The notes beneath the pieces were generated by a model, which had not been told where the DNA came from, did no database searches, and saw only the letters and a program-made list of their open reading frames with translations. From positions 2,000-65,999 of the forward strand of contig CP061210.1 of NCBI GenBank assembly GCA_026016225.1: 64,000 nucleotides of DNA, written 5' to 3'. Within the stretch, counting starts at the first letter, position 1, and each line of letters opens with the position of its first letter. Shown here one piece after another: positions 51,574-60,086 of this stretch. The stretch comes from Candidatus Nealsonbacteria bacterium. Lineage in GTDB: Bacteria > Patescibacteriota > Minisyncoccia > Minisyncoccales > JANBVM01. The translations under genes and the position numbers were made by a program.

Positions 51574-52986
51574 TTAAGGAGACACCTCTTTCCACTCAGG
51601 TAGGCCAGCTTCAACTCCAAGCTGATAAGAAACAGTATTTGTTCTATTAGCAGTATCTTGAATTTGTAAGGCAACCGTGCCTGAATTTCCATCAACCGCT
51701 GTAAAAGTAGATGATGCGTTCTGAGAAGAACTGGTAGGAGGTTCACCGTCTTCAAAAGTCCAACTCCAGCTAACAATTGGGCTTCCTCCGTCAGAAGGGG
51801 AAGAGCCATCTTTAAAATAAACCATTTCTCCCTCAGAAACCCCGAAACCTTCACAAGGAATCCAGGGTCCCACATCTTTTAAAGAACACTCAAAATCAGC
51901 AATAGCATCTAGTAAGATAGTAAAGTTTTTTGTAGTTGAATCCCAGCCTCCGACACTGTCTCTGACGTAAACCTCAACCGTAGAAGAGGTTGTAGTACTA
52001 AGGCCTGAGGGAGTAAAATCACATTTATAACCACAAGAGTCGTCAGGGTCAACTCCCCAATCATAAATATCCCATTCTGTTTTAATAATATCACCGTCTC
52101 CCTCCGGGTCAGTAGATTCATTAACGAATTTAAATGGACATCCTGTATAACCTGTACATTGGCCTAAAGGAAGACCGCACCCGGTCGGGTTGCAGGAAAT
52201 ACCGGCGGTAGGAGGATTGTTAATTTCAATAGTATAGGTATATGAATTATCAGGGCCTTCAGAACGATTATCAGCTGAATCCCAATTAGCGACGGTTAAG
52301 ACTGTAGTAATCGTAAAGGTGAAAGGAGAAGTGTATTTGGGGGAGGAGGGACTTGGAGGATTGCCGTCTGTAGTGTATCTAAGCGTTGCTCCCTCTTCTC
52401 CAGAAGAACAACTAACATCAACTGAGTTAATATAAGTGCCTGTTCCGGGAGAACAAGTAGGTTTTGGAGGTCTAATCATATCTTTAGTTACCTTAATTGG
52501 CGCGAATCCTGACTCTGTTTCTGTTATCTCATTTTCTGCATTATCAAGAACATGAAGACCATACCACCAGATGCCATCTGAAGGTGAATCATCAGCAGAG
52601 CTTGACCAGGAATCAGAACCTTCAGGAGCGGGATGGGTACTGACTAAACTCCATGTGCCGGGTACACCAGCATTATCAGGAGCGCGCCAGACTTCTACTT
52701 TCCAAAGATGAGAACCGCCCGTATCAGAAACTGTCCAGGAAATGGTAGTCTCATCCGGACCAGCAATATTAAGCAGGGTAGGAGAAACATCAAAAGCATC
52801 AATAGAGGGGAAATCGCTATCTATAAAATAAACTGTAACTTTAGTGTAATCTGTGTTTAATGCAGCCTCAACTATAACACTCCCTATTAAAACTGATGTA
52901 AGAAAAACCATCAAAGTCTGAACAATCTTCCAGCATTGTCTATGTTTATAAAAGGCTTTTTTCAATTTTCTTTTTAAGTTCTTCAT
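51574..52986 (-). CDS. membrane-anchored surface protein with Fn3/chitobiase-C-like and PKD-like domains
   Basis: 470 aa. N-terminal TM. ATLRYTTDGNPPSPSSPKYTSPFTF resembles the chitobiase/hexosaminidase C-terminal motif. Two PKD-like segments (FVNESTDPEGDGDIIKTEWD, SWSWTFEDGEP). Confidence 0.7.
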   Translation of the reverse strand: MKNLKRKLKKAFYKHRQCWKIVQTLMVFLTSVLIGSVIVEAALNTDYTKVTVYFIDSDFPSIDAFDVSPTLLNIAGPDETTISWTVSDTGGSHLWKVEVWRAPDNAGVPGTWSLVSTHPAPEGSDSWSSSADDSPSDGIWWYGLHVLDNAENEITETESGFAPIKVTKDMIRPPKPTCSPGTGTYINSVDVSCSSGEEGATLRYTTDGNPPSPSSPKYTSPFTFTITTVLTVANWDSADNRSEGPDNSYTYTIEINNPPTAGISCNPTGCGLPLGQCTGYTGCPFKFVNESTDPEGDGDIIKTEWDIYDWGVDPDDSCGYKCDFTPSGLSTTTSSTVEVYVRDSVGGWDSTTKNFTILLDAIADFECSLKDVGPWIPCEGFGVSEGEMVYFKDGSSPSDGGSPIVSWSWTFEDGEPPTSSSQNASSTFTAVDGNSGTVALQIQDTANRTNTVSYQLGVEAGLPEWKEVSP

Positions 52987-52988
52987 TT

Positions 52989-53032
52989 TTAATTACGAAG
53001 TAATTACAGAGAGCGAAGCGACCGGTTTGCTT
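52989..53032 (-). repeat. GCGAAGC-hairpin repeat family, copy D
   Basis: Plus strand: TTAATTACGAAGTAATTACAGAGAGCGAAGCGACCGGTTTGCTT. Fills the spacer between the 609-aa and 470-aa genes. Confidence 0.6.
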
Positions 53033-53066
53033 AAATTTTAGATATACGATGTCCAAAATTCCCAGC

Positions 53067-54878
53067 TTACCACAGGCATACACATAGACGCCAATAGAAG
53101 CCCCCGGGCCCTGCACTGCAATCCTGGTTATATGAACTTCCTCTATAGCGGCAGCGATTCGCATCTCCCAAAGCATTCGCCCACATAGGAGAGACAATAC
53201 CATTACCAGGAGTACTACTAGGGTCACAGCCAGCAGATGTGTCAAAAAGGTTTTTACAAACGGTGCAGCTACTATTATCATCCCATTGTTTATCTATACA
53301 TCCACCATAACTAGAGCAAACATCACCACAACCGTAGCCACCTACGTCATTTCTATCCCTATGCCAGCAAGCATTGCCTCCTTGTCCGGCGCAGCCGCTG
53401 CAGCCGTCGCTATATAGATAGCCATTACAAGTACGGCAAGTACCACTAACACATCTTTTAGCACTACCTGCACAATCGTAGTTATTAGCTCCCCAATTAG
53501 TAGTCTTATAAACATTACATAACCCAGAACCATTACATGTTTTACAAGTAAAACTACAACCCTTAGATGTAGTCTGACTGCACGAAGTTCCAACCTTGTA
53601 TTCTGTTGTATTAACAACATAACCTGCTGATGCGTTCCATACACCAGCGAGTTGCATACCATAAGGTAGTGAAAGATTACCAATACAAGATGAACCACCA
53701 GAAGTACAACCCCTGTACCATTTTTCAGCTGAACAATCCCTCTCTGCGCATTGTATAGTTATATCACAATATAGGCTTGAGCTTGGATTAATTTCACCCC
53801 CACCACTACAAACCCTGCCTGCTGTTGATAGGTAAGACCAGCTATCTCCAACATCTTCAGAACAAGTATGAGCAGAACTGCACCTGTATTTATCCCTCCC
53901 TTTTTGACAAGCCCCACTACATTTATAAAAGGCAGAATATCCACATATAGTTGTTCCGGTAGTTCCACAACTTGAAGTTAAGGTATAGCTCGCACCAGCA
54001 TAAACATTTTCTGAATAAGCATCTACATGGTCTGCAGCTGCCCTACAGCTTCCTGATCCATTACAGGAAGTCCACCATTTAGTAGCTGAACAATCTCCAT
54101 CATCACAATCCTCATCATAATTACAATAATTGGAAGAAGAAACTGCAGTTTGTTCCCCGGAATCACTACGGACATAACCTGAAGGTATATGGGTACAGCC
54201 CGGGGGGTAATAAGTACCCCTGTCAGCCACTTTATGACAGGTAGCATCACAGGCATCACCCTGTTCAAACTTCTGAACCAGATATCTGAGATGACCGCTC
54301 CCATCAATATAATTTGAAAAATTGGCAGTAGTAGTGGTATAGGTCAGAGTGCAATCGGAAGGACCTGGACAGCTATTATTTAAGCTGGAAGCAACTAACT
54401 CCCATGCAGTAGTATTGACATTATATAAATACATTCTTAAGTCATTATCTTCGAGGCTTTCAATGTTTTGTCCGGCATAACCCTCCCAGTAAAGCTCTAT
54501 TGAATTAATATCAACTGGATTTTCATTAATAGTAATTACAAAATCATGCACAACCTCTTTAAAAACCTCAGTGGTATCGCTGATGATTTCATGAACATCG
54601 TTTGCTGATTCAATGTTAGTGTAAGAAGCGAGCTCAACACCAGGCTCTGCCCAAGTGGAACGATTGACAGCCACCGGGATATCATTAGCATAACCTTTAC
54701 CATAATAACCCCATTTATTTATTCCTGCCCCTGAAGAAAAATCATAAACCTCAATCAATGAAGTTGCATACACTTTCTGGGTTAATATAACCGTACTTAC
54801 TCCAACCAAAACAAAAATTATTATTTCTATCAAAGAAACAACTATTTTTTTCTTATTAAATTTTATGTCTTTATACAT
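53067..54878 (-). CDS. very Cys-rich secreted/pilin-like protein (candidate tip adhesin or maturation substrate)
   Basis: Start placed at ATG 54878 (GGAGA lies 9 nt upstream); the track start 54896 is TTG. N-terminus KKKIVVSLIEIIIFVLVG is pilin-like but lacks Gly(-1). About 44 Cys by my count in the last ~440 aa. Duplicated module CxxxDCSA(T/E)KW(W/Y)xxCxxxGSxC. Confidence 0.75.
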   Translation of the reverse strand: MYKDIKFNKKKIVVSLIEIIIFVLVGVSTVILTQKVYATSLIEVYDFSSGAGINKWGYYGKGYANDIPVAVNRSTWAEPGVELASYTNIESANDVHEIISDTTEVFKEVVHDFVITINENPVDINSIELYWEGYAGQNIESLEDNDLRMYLYNVNTTAWELVASSLNNSCPGPSDCTLTYTTTTANFSNYIDGSGHLRYLVQKFEQGDACDATCHKVADRGTYYPPGCTHIPSGYVRSDSGEQTAVSSSNYCNYDEDCDDGDCSATKWWTSCNGSGSCRAAADHVDAYSENVYAGASYTLTSSCGTTGTTICGYSAFYKCSGACQKGRDKYRCSSAHTCSEDVGDSWSYLSTAGRVCSGGGEINPSSSLYCDITIQCAERDCSAEKWYRGCTSGGSSCIGNLSLPYGMQLAGVWNASAGYVVNTTEYKVGTSCSQTTSKGCSFTCKTCNGSGLCNVYKTTNWGANNYDCAGSAKRCVSGTCRTCNGYLYSDGCSGCAGQGGNACWHRDRNDVGGYGCGDVCSSYGGCIDKQWDDNSSCTVCKNLFDTSAGCDPSSTPGNGIVSPMWANALGDANRCRYRGSSYNQDCSAGPGGFYWRLCVCLW

Positions 54879-54903
54879 AACTATGCTTCTCCGCAATTAA
54901 GAG

Positions 54904-54947
54904 GAAACCAGTCGCTTCGCTCCTTGTAATTGCTTCGCAATTAAGAA
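54904..54947 (+). repeat. GCGAAGC-hairpin repeat family, copy B
   Basis: GAAACCAGTCGCTTCGCTCCTTGTAATTGCTTCGCAATTAAGAA, inverted relative to copy D across the Cys-rich gene. Confidence 0.6.
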
Positions 54948-55018
54948 AGAGTTATTAGTCTATTTTACCATATTTAGAATTTCAAAAAAATAGAGAGGAC
55001 CGAACAACTGAAGGCAAA

Positions 55019-55498
55019 CTATTGAATATTCATTTGAATACCTAACATTCTCGTCATCTTTATACTGGTAAATGTATCCTCACTTAAAATATTACTATTA
55101 GACTCTTTAATTGCTATAACTACCGGCGCTCCTATCTCAAAATCCTCTATCGTTGCCGGAGTCTCTTTTTTGGTTTCGGGCTTGTAAAAAACAAATTCTG
55201 TTTCTTTGTCTGTCAGCACCGTTACTTCCTTAGTAAAAGAAAGCTCATCCAGAAAAATTTTATTAATATCTACTTCTATCTTGAATTTTCCTTCTGGCGG
55301 ATTTATTTCTACACTTGTTATAATTCCTTCAATTAAATATCTCGGATATGTTGGGTCTAATTGGTAGCTTGTTTCTGACGGAGTTTCGGTTTGAGTCTCT
55401 GGTTTTATATAACGATAATATACAAAAAGAGCACAGCCGATTAAAACAACAATTACAATAATTGAAACTAAAACCATCCACGAGCTTTTTATTTCCAT
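55019..55498 (-). CDS. hypothetical N-terminally membrane-anchored protein
   Basis: 159 aa. TM WMVLVSIIVIVVLIGCALFVYY followed by a T/E/P linker and a small beta-rich domain. Confidence 0.55.
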   Translation of the reverse strand: MEIKSSWMVLVSIIVIVVLIGCALFVYYRYIKPETQTETPSETSYQLDPTYPRYLIEGIITSVEINPPEGKFKIEVDINKIFLDELSFTKEVTVLTDKETEFVFYKPETKKETPATIEDFEIGAPVVIAIKESNSNILSEDTFTSIKMTRMLGIQMNIQ

Positions 55499-55550
55499 AC
55501 TTTTTAAATCTTTTATCTATATTTTAGAGATGAACTTTGTCTTCTTTATT

Positions 55551-56708
55551 TTATAATTTGTAGGTTAAAAAATCAATAAAAGAACTCTGGGTTACAATAG
55601 AAATAACGACCGATAAAAGCATAAAAGGAGCAAAAGAGAACGTCTTGTAGGTTTTTACCTTTAATTGAGGTTTTTGAATAAATAAATCCTTGATGGTTTT
55701 AACCTGGTTTTCGTTTAATCCAGCAGCATCTATCTCTCCAAAGTTATTTTCCATTTTCTTCTCTTTAAGCATTTGTAATATTAAAGGTAATTCATTCTTA
55801 GAAATCACTGCTCCCTTTTTAAGTTCTCTAACTTTTATTTTTTTAACTTCTTTCTCTTCTATATAAAAATTTAAAAATTGACGAAATAAGGTGATTAAAA
55901 CCATAAAAATCAAGGTTTGTTTCAAGATAGACTTCAATATTTCAATTTTACCAAAAAAAAGCAAATAGGAACAGTATATTAGTACCGTTCCGTTGATAAA
56001 ATAACCAATCCATTTTTTCTTTTCTCTAACTTTAGAAAGATAACCCAAAATAAGAAGCAAAAAGAGAAAAAGAAAAAGAGGGTTAAATAAAAATCTCCCT
56101 CCCGGAATATTTTTTTTAAAAGAACTTATCCCTTGAAGAAAAATGAATATAAGAACATAACTTAAAAATAGTGGAAAGAACTTTTTACCCAGATTTTTTA
56201 ATTTAGGGAATAATTTTTTAATATCTAATTTTCCAATATTCTTTAATCGAGCTCTATGGTTATACGTTTCCTTTATTCCTTTAAAAAAAGCAGTAGCCGT
56301 TAAAACTAAAAGTAGGGGAACAAAAAGGTTAATTAGAAGATTAAAAGAGGGAAAGTACGACAAATAACTTTTTGAATAAAACTTTAAAGGCAGCAAGAAA
56401 GAACAAAGAGCAAAAAACTTCGCGTCTCCGGCAGACCACAGTTTTAAATGCCATAGAAGATATCCTACTAAAAAAGCGAGCAGGGCGTTTATACCTACTT
56501 TTATTAAATATTGAATATTTGATATTTGGAAAAGGAAAAAGAAATTATAGAAAAAAAGAAAAATATAAAACAAAATCCCGCAAAAAAATCCTGTAGCAAT
56601 CCATTTATTGAAAATCTTTCCATATCTAATATCGGTATAAGAACAAATTCCTCCAATAATAAAAAGAGGAGCTAAAAGGGCAAAATCAAAGAAAAGTGAT
56701 GTAAACAT
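55551..56708 (-). CDS. A24-family aspartic peptidase-like (prepilin peptidase / TadV-FlaK type) with ~230-aa C-terminal extension
   Basis: 385 aa, polytopic. First Asp motif CSYTDIRYGKIFNKW; second WSAGDAKFFAL (GxGD(V/A)K-like). No methyltransferase domain. 2-nt gap to the upstream radical SAM gene. Confidence 0.65.
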   Translation of the reverse strand: MFTSLFFDFALLAPLFIIGGICSYTDIRYGKIFNKWIATGFFCGILFYIFLFFYNFFFLFQISNIQYLIKVGINALLAFLVGYLLWHLKLWSAGDAKFFALCSFLLPLKFYSKSYLSYFPSFNLLINLFVPLLLVLTATAFFKGIKETYNHRARLKNIGKLDIKKLFPKLKNLGKKFFPLFLSYVLIFIFLQGISSFKKNIPGGRFLFNPLFLFLFLLLILGYLSKVREKKKWIGYFINGTVLIYCSYLLFFGKIEILKSILKQTLIFMVLITLFRQFLNFYIEEKEVKKIKVRELKKGAVISKNELPLILQMLKEKKMENNFGEIDAAGLNENQVKTIKDLFIQKPQLKVKTYKTFSFAPFMLLSVVISIVTQSSFIDFLTYKL

Positions 56709-56710
56709 AA

Positions 56711-57634
56711 TTACAAAATATCTACAATTGGATGACAGATATTATTGCCAATCTTAAACTTTAAATCTGTCTTAACGGGCTTAAATTCTCTATTTCCAAT
56801 AATTTCCAGATAATCCTTATGAATCCCACAGCAATATTTTTTATAAAGACAACTATCACAATTAGGTAAATAAGTTACCTCGTCTCTTCTCTGGGTTATC
56901 CAGGTATATTTCCATAATTCAGGCGTAAGCGTGCATAAAGGAAAATGATAAAGACGTAACTCATTAAATTTATCATTCCACTCTTTTACTATAGAACTGA
57001 CTTTTTCTTTTACCTGGGTATAAGTAATGCCTATTATTTTATAGTTCTTTCCGCACACCCCTTCTGGTTCCGGGAAAATTATAATTACCCTATTCACTGA
57101 AGGAAAATCATTAAAAATTAAATTAAGAATCTCTCCTACTAATTTATAATTTTGCTTAATGAAAATTATTCGGAGCTCTAACTCTTGAAATCTTTTTCTG
57201 TATTTTAAAATATTATGAATACCCTTTATTGTTTGTTCAAAACTACCTTTAGTCCTCGTAATGGCGTCGTGGAGTTGATTATTATGGCCTAAAATAGCTA
57301 TTTCAACAGCAAGGTTATCTATTTTAAGAAAACTTTTTACAAACCGTGGATAACTAAACATTCTTCCATTGGTTGCTAAAACTAGTCTATTCTTGGGGAA
57401 ATTTCTTCTAAACCAATAACACAATTCTAAAAAACGCGGATGAGTAGTTGGCTCACCGCCCGTAAAATTAATGTTTTCTTGACTCTTACTCCAAAGATTG
57501 AGATTGCGTCGAGCTCTCACAGTTATTCTTTTAAAAGAATAATCTTCTGAAATCTCCTTACTCTGAAAATCAACCGGATTAGTGCACATTATGCAATTAT
57601 TATTGCATCTATTCCAAATACAAATATCGGGCAT
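56711..57634 (-). CDS. radical SAM enzyme with C-terminal auxiliary Cys motif, paralogue 5
   Basis: 307 aa. CNNNCIMC, FTGGEPTT, and the C-terminus CDSCLYKKYCCG-x12-EFKP. Confidence 0.85.
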   Translation of the reverse strand: MPDICIWNRCNNNCIMCTNPVDFQSKEISEDYSFKRITVRARRNLNLWSKSQENINFTGGEPTTHPRFLELCYWFRRNFPKNRLVLATNGRMFSYPRFVKSFLKIDNLAVEIAILGHNNQLHDAITRTKGSFEQTIKGIHNILKYRKRFQELELRIIFIKQNYKLVGEILNLIFNDFPSVNRVIIIFPEPEGVCGKNYKIIGITYTQVKEKVSSIVKEWNDKFNELRLYHFPLCTLTPELWKYTWITQRRDEVTYLPNCDSCLYKKYCCGIHKDYLEIIGNREFKPVKTDLKFKIGNNICHPIVDIL

Positions 57635-57637
57635 ATT

Positions 57638-57841
57638 CTAAGAAATGTCAAAATGAACATTATCACTATTTTTCCATTCTGCAATTTTAGCTTCAGCTAC
57701 CCTGTAATATTTTGCTTCTTTTAATAATTCTTTCTGAGCTTTCTTTTTAGCTTCTTCCATAGAAGATGCAGACACCCAACCCAGTACCTCATAATGTTCC
57801 TGGCTCCTATAAGTTACGATATATTCTTTTTTTTGTTTCAT
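57638..57841 (-). CDS. small hypothetical protein (67 aa) heading the rSAM5-peptidase sub-operon
   Basis: MKQKKEYIVTYRSQEHYEVLGWVSASSMEEAKKKAQKELL...AKIAEWKNSDNVHFDIS. Lies 3 nt upstream of the radical SAM gene, and a 121-nt gap with a TGGTATTAT -10-like box lies upstream of it. Confidence 0.55.
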   Translation of the reverse strand: MKQKKEYIVTYRSQEHYEVLGWVSASSMEEAKKKAQKELLKEAKYYRVAEAKIAEWKNSDNVHFDIS

Positions 57842-57962
57842 TATAAATCTCGCTAATTTAAATTTTTACTAATCGACCTATGATTTTTTACACTATATAA
57901 TACCATTAACTGCACAATCCATAAACCTGGCTACCACACTCTTTTCTTATCCTTAAGTTCTT

Positions 57963-59363
57963 TTATAACCCCCTCTTAAATGAGCTAATTAAATACAATA
58001 ATCCTTCACGAATATCCATTTTCAGTTCATACAAACTTTTTAAACTAAAGATTCTTTTAATAATATAAGAAGGACGTAAATAAAATCTTCTTATGGCTTT
58101 ATTCCTTAATTCCCACAACTTTTTTCGGGAAAGTTCTTCTGTCTCTATAGCCGGATAGGTACGAGAGGAATCACTACACTTTAAAGTATTATCAATAAGC
58201 CATCCTTTTGAAATTGCATTTTTTCGCAAATCTGTTCCTATACGAGGAGCGGCTATGTTAAAAGTGACGAAATCACAATTTAATTCTACCGCAAACTTTA
58301 AGGTATTTAAAATTGCCTCTTCGTCCTCACCTGGTAATCCAAGAATAAAATGGGCCATAGTTCTAATACCTAATTTTTGACAAAGAGAAAACATTTTTCT
58401 CACCTGATTCAATGTAAATTGCTTATTATAACAATCTAATGTTCCTTGGTTTCCACTTTCTACTCCAAGTTGAATAATATGGCAGCCACTTTTCTTCATA
58501 ATTTCTAACAGCTCCTCATCTAAAACGTCTACCCGACTAGAACAAGACCAGCTAAAATTAAAATTATTAAGGAGCATCTTGCGACATATATCTAAAGCTT
58601 GATTTCTGTTAGCACCAAAAGTGTTATCTCTAAAGCGAACCTCTTTTATTCCTAAAGAATAAATATATTTTAATTCCTCAATAACATTGTCAGCATCCCG
58701 CCATTTAAATTCTAAACTATTGTAAATACAAAAGCGACAATGATAAGGACAATGTAAGCTGGCGACTACAGTGGCAAAGGGAAAATGCCGAGCAATAGGA
58801 AAATCATACTTAGCCATAGGAAATAAATCTAAACGAGGTAGAGGAAGCGAAAAGATTTTATTTTTTTTCGTTATTTTTTTCGGAATAACAATTTGCTCTC
58901 TGTCTCTATAAATTATATTTTTAAAAAGACCTTTCCCTGCTGACAAGAATTTTAATATTTCTGAATCTGTAAAATCTAAAATTAGGGCATCTAAAAATTT
59001 ATTTTCTCTCAGTATTTTCTCGCCCTGAAAAAGAAATAAATCACCTGTTCCGATTAATTTAATTTGTTTTACCCGCTTAATCTTCTTTAGAAATTCCTTA
59101 TCCTTTTCCCAGGAAACTGCCCCAGAAAGAAAAATAATTGTGTCTATATCCATTGAGGATATTTTTTTGCAACATTCATCAAATTTAATTCTATCAGCGA
59201 TAGCATCAATTACCTTTATTTGATAATCAGAAGAAAGAATACCACTAAGTACGGTAAGGTCTACAGGATGCCAGACAAAATCTCCTTCGGAGATAAAACT
59301 ACAATAATAATCTCTTAAATAAATTTCATCGCCAGGTAAATTTAAAAGCAGTATTTTTTTCAT
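57963..59363 (-). CDS. class B (B12-binding domain) radical SAM enzyme
   Basis: 466 aa. N-terminal Rossmann-like B12-binding-type domain, CPYHCRFC triad and QLGVESG. Confidence 0.85.
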   Translation of the reverse strand: MKKILLLNLPGDEIYLRDYYCSFISEGDFVWHPVDLTVLSGILSSDYQIKVIDAIADRIKFDECCKKISSMDIDTIIFLSGAVSWEKDKEFLKKIKRVKQIKLIGTGDLFLFQGEKILRENKFLDALILDFTDSEILKFLSAGKGLFKNIIYRDREQIVIPKKITKKNKIFSLPLPRLDLFPMAKYDFPIARHFPFATVVASLHCPYHCRFCIYNSLEFKWRDADNVIEELKYIYSLGIKEVRFRDNTFGANRNQALDICRKMLLNNFNFSWSCSSRVDVLDEELLEIMKKSGCHIIQLGVESGNQGTLDCYNKQFTLNQVRKMFSLCQKLGIRTMAHFILGLPGEDEEAILNTLKFAVELNCDFVTFNIAAPRIGTDLRKNAISKGWLIDNTLKCSDSSRTYPAIETEELSRKKLWELRNKAIRRFYLRPSYIIKRIFSLKSLYELKMDIREGLLYLISSFKRGL

Positions 59364-60034
59364 AATTTCTTCTTAAACAGAAATATCAGATTTTTAATAC
59401 CGTCTAAAAACATATTCAATTTTGACTCCCCTCCTATTCTTTTACGGTAAGAGCCTAAAATTTCTTTAGCTTTAAATTTTTGAAAGGCTTCAATTTTAAT
59501 TTCTTCTGAAAAAGACATCCCATCAGATACTAAGTTCAACCCATCCAAAATATTTTTCCTGAATATCCACATTCCACTTTGCGAATCTTTTAAGCGTAAT
59601 TTGAATAACAGATTGGTAAAAAGGGTTAAGAATATATTACCTATTAGATTTAATTTATTTATTGCTTTTTTCCCTAAGCAACTAAACCTATTAACAGAAA
59701 TAAAATCAAGATTTTCTTTTTCTAAAATCTCTAACAATTTTGGAATTTTCTCTGCAGGATAAGTTCCATCACCATCCATTGTGATAATAACTTCGCCTTT
59801 TGCTTTTTTAAATCCAGCCTTGTATTGTCTACCATAGCCTCTTTCCGCAATTATTACTTTAGCGCCGGCTTCCCGGGCTATCTTTATTGTTTTATCCTTA
59901 CTCCCGCCATCAACAACAATAATTTTCACTTTATGAATCTTATCTTTTAACAAAAAGGATAGGTCTCCCAGTGTTTTTTGAATTCCTTTCTCCTCATTAA
60001 GAGTTGGTATAATTATATCAATATACATTATCAA
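59360..60034 (-). CDS. family 2 glycosyltransferase (polyprenol-phosphate sugar transferase-like)
   Basis: 224 aa. IIIPTLNEE, VVDGGSKDKT and ITMDGDGTYP (DxD). ATGA overlap with the B12-rSAM gene. Confidence 0.85.
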   Translation of the reverse strand: MIMYIDIIIPTLNEEKGIQKTLGDLSFLLKDKIHKVKIIVVDGGSKDKTIKIAREAGAKVIIAERGYGRQYKAGFKKAKGEVIITMDGDGTYPAEKIPKLLEILEKENLDFISVNRFSCLGKKAINKLNLIGNIFLTLFTNLLFKLRLKDSQSGMWIFRKNILDGLNLVSDGMSFSEEIKIEAFQKFKAKEILGSYRKRIGGESKLNMFLDGIKNLIFLFKKKL

Positions 60035-60086
60035 ATTACGAAAACATTAACGATATTAAAAGAAGAAGGTATTAAGAAAATCTATT

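Noticed and set aside
51549-54307. Same-strand alternative-frame ORFs (51549-51875, 51909-52121, 52946-53281, 53342-53698, 53759-53968, 54023-54307)
   Set aside because: All are nested inside the 470-aa and 609-aa genes. They arise because the locally higher GC content depletes stop codons. They have no motifs or start signals.
54891-54950. 10-nt direct repeat GCAATTAAGA on both sides of repeat copy B as a target-site duplication
   Set aside because: The downstream copy is simply the 3' arm of the element's own hairpin, and no other copy shows a flanking duplication. There is insufficient evidence for transposition.
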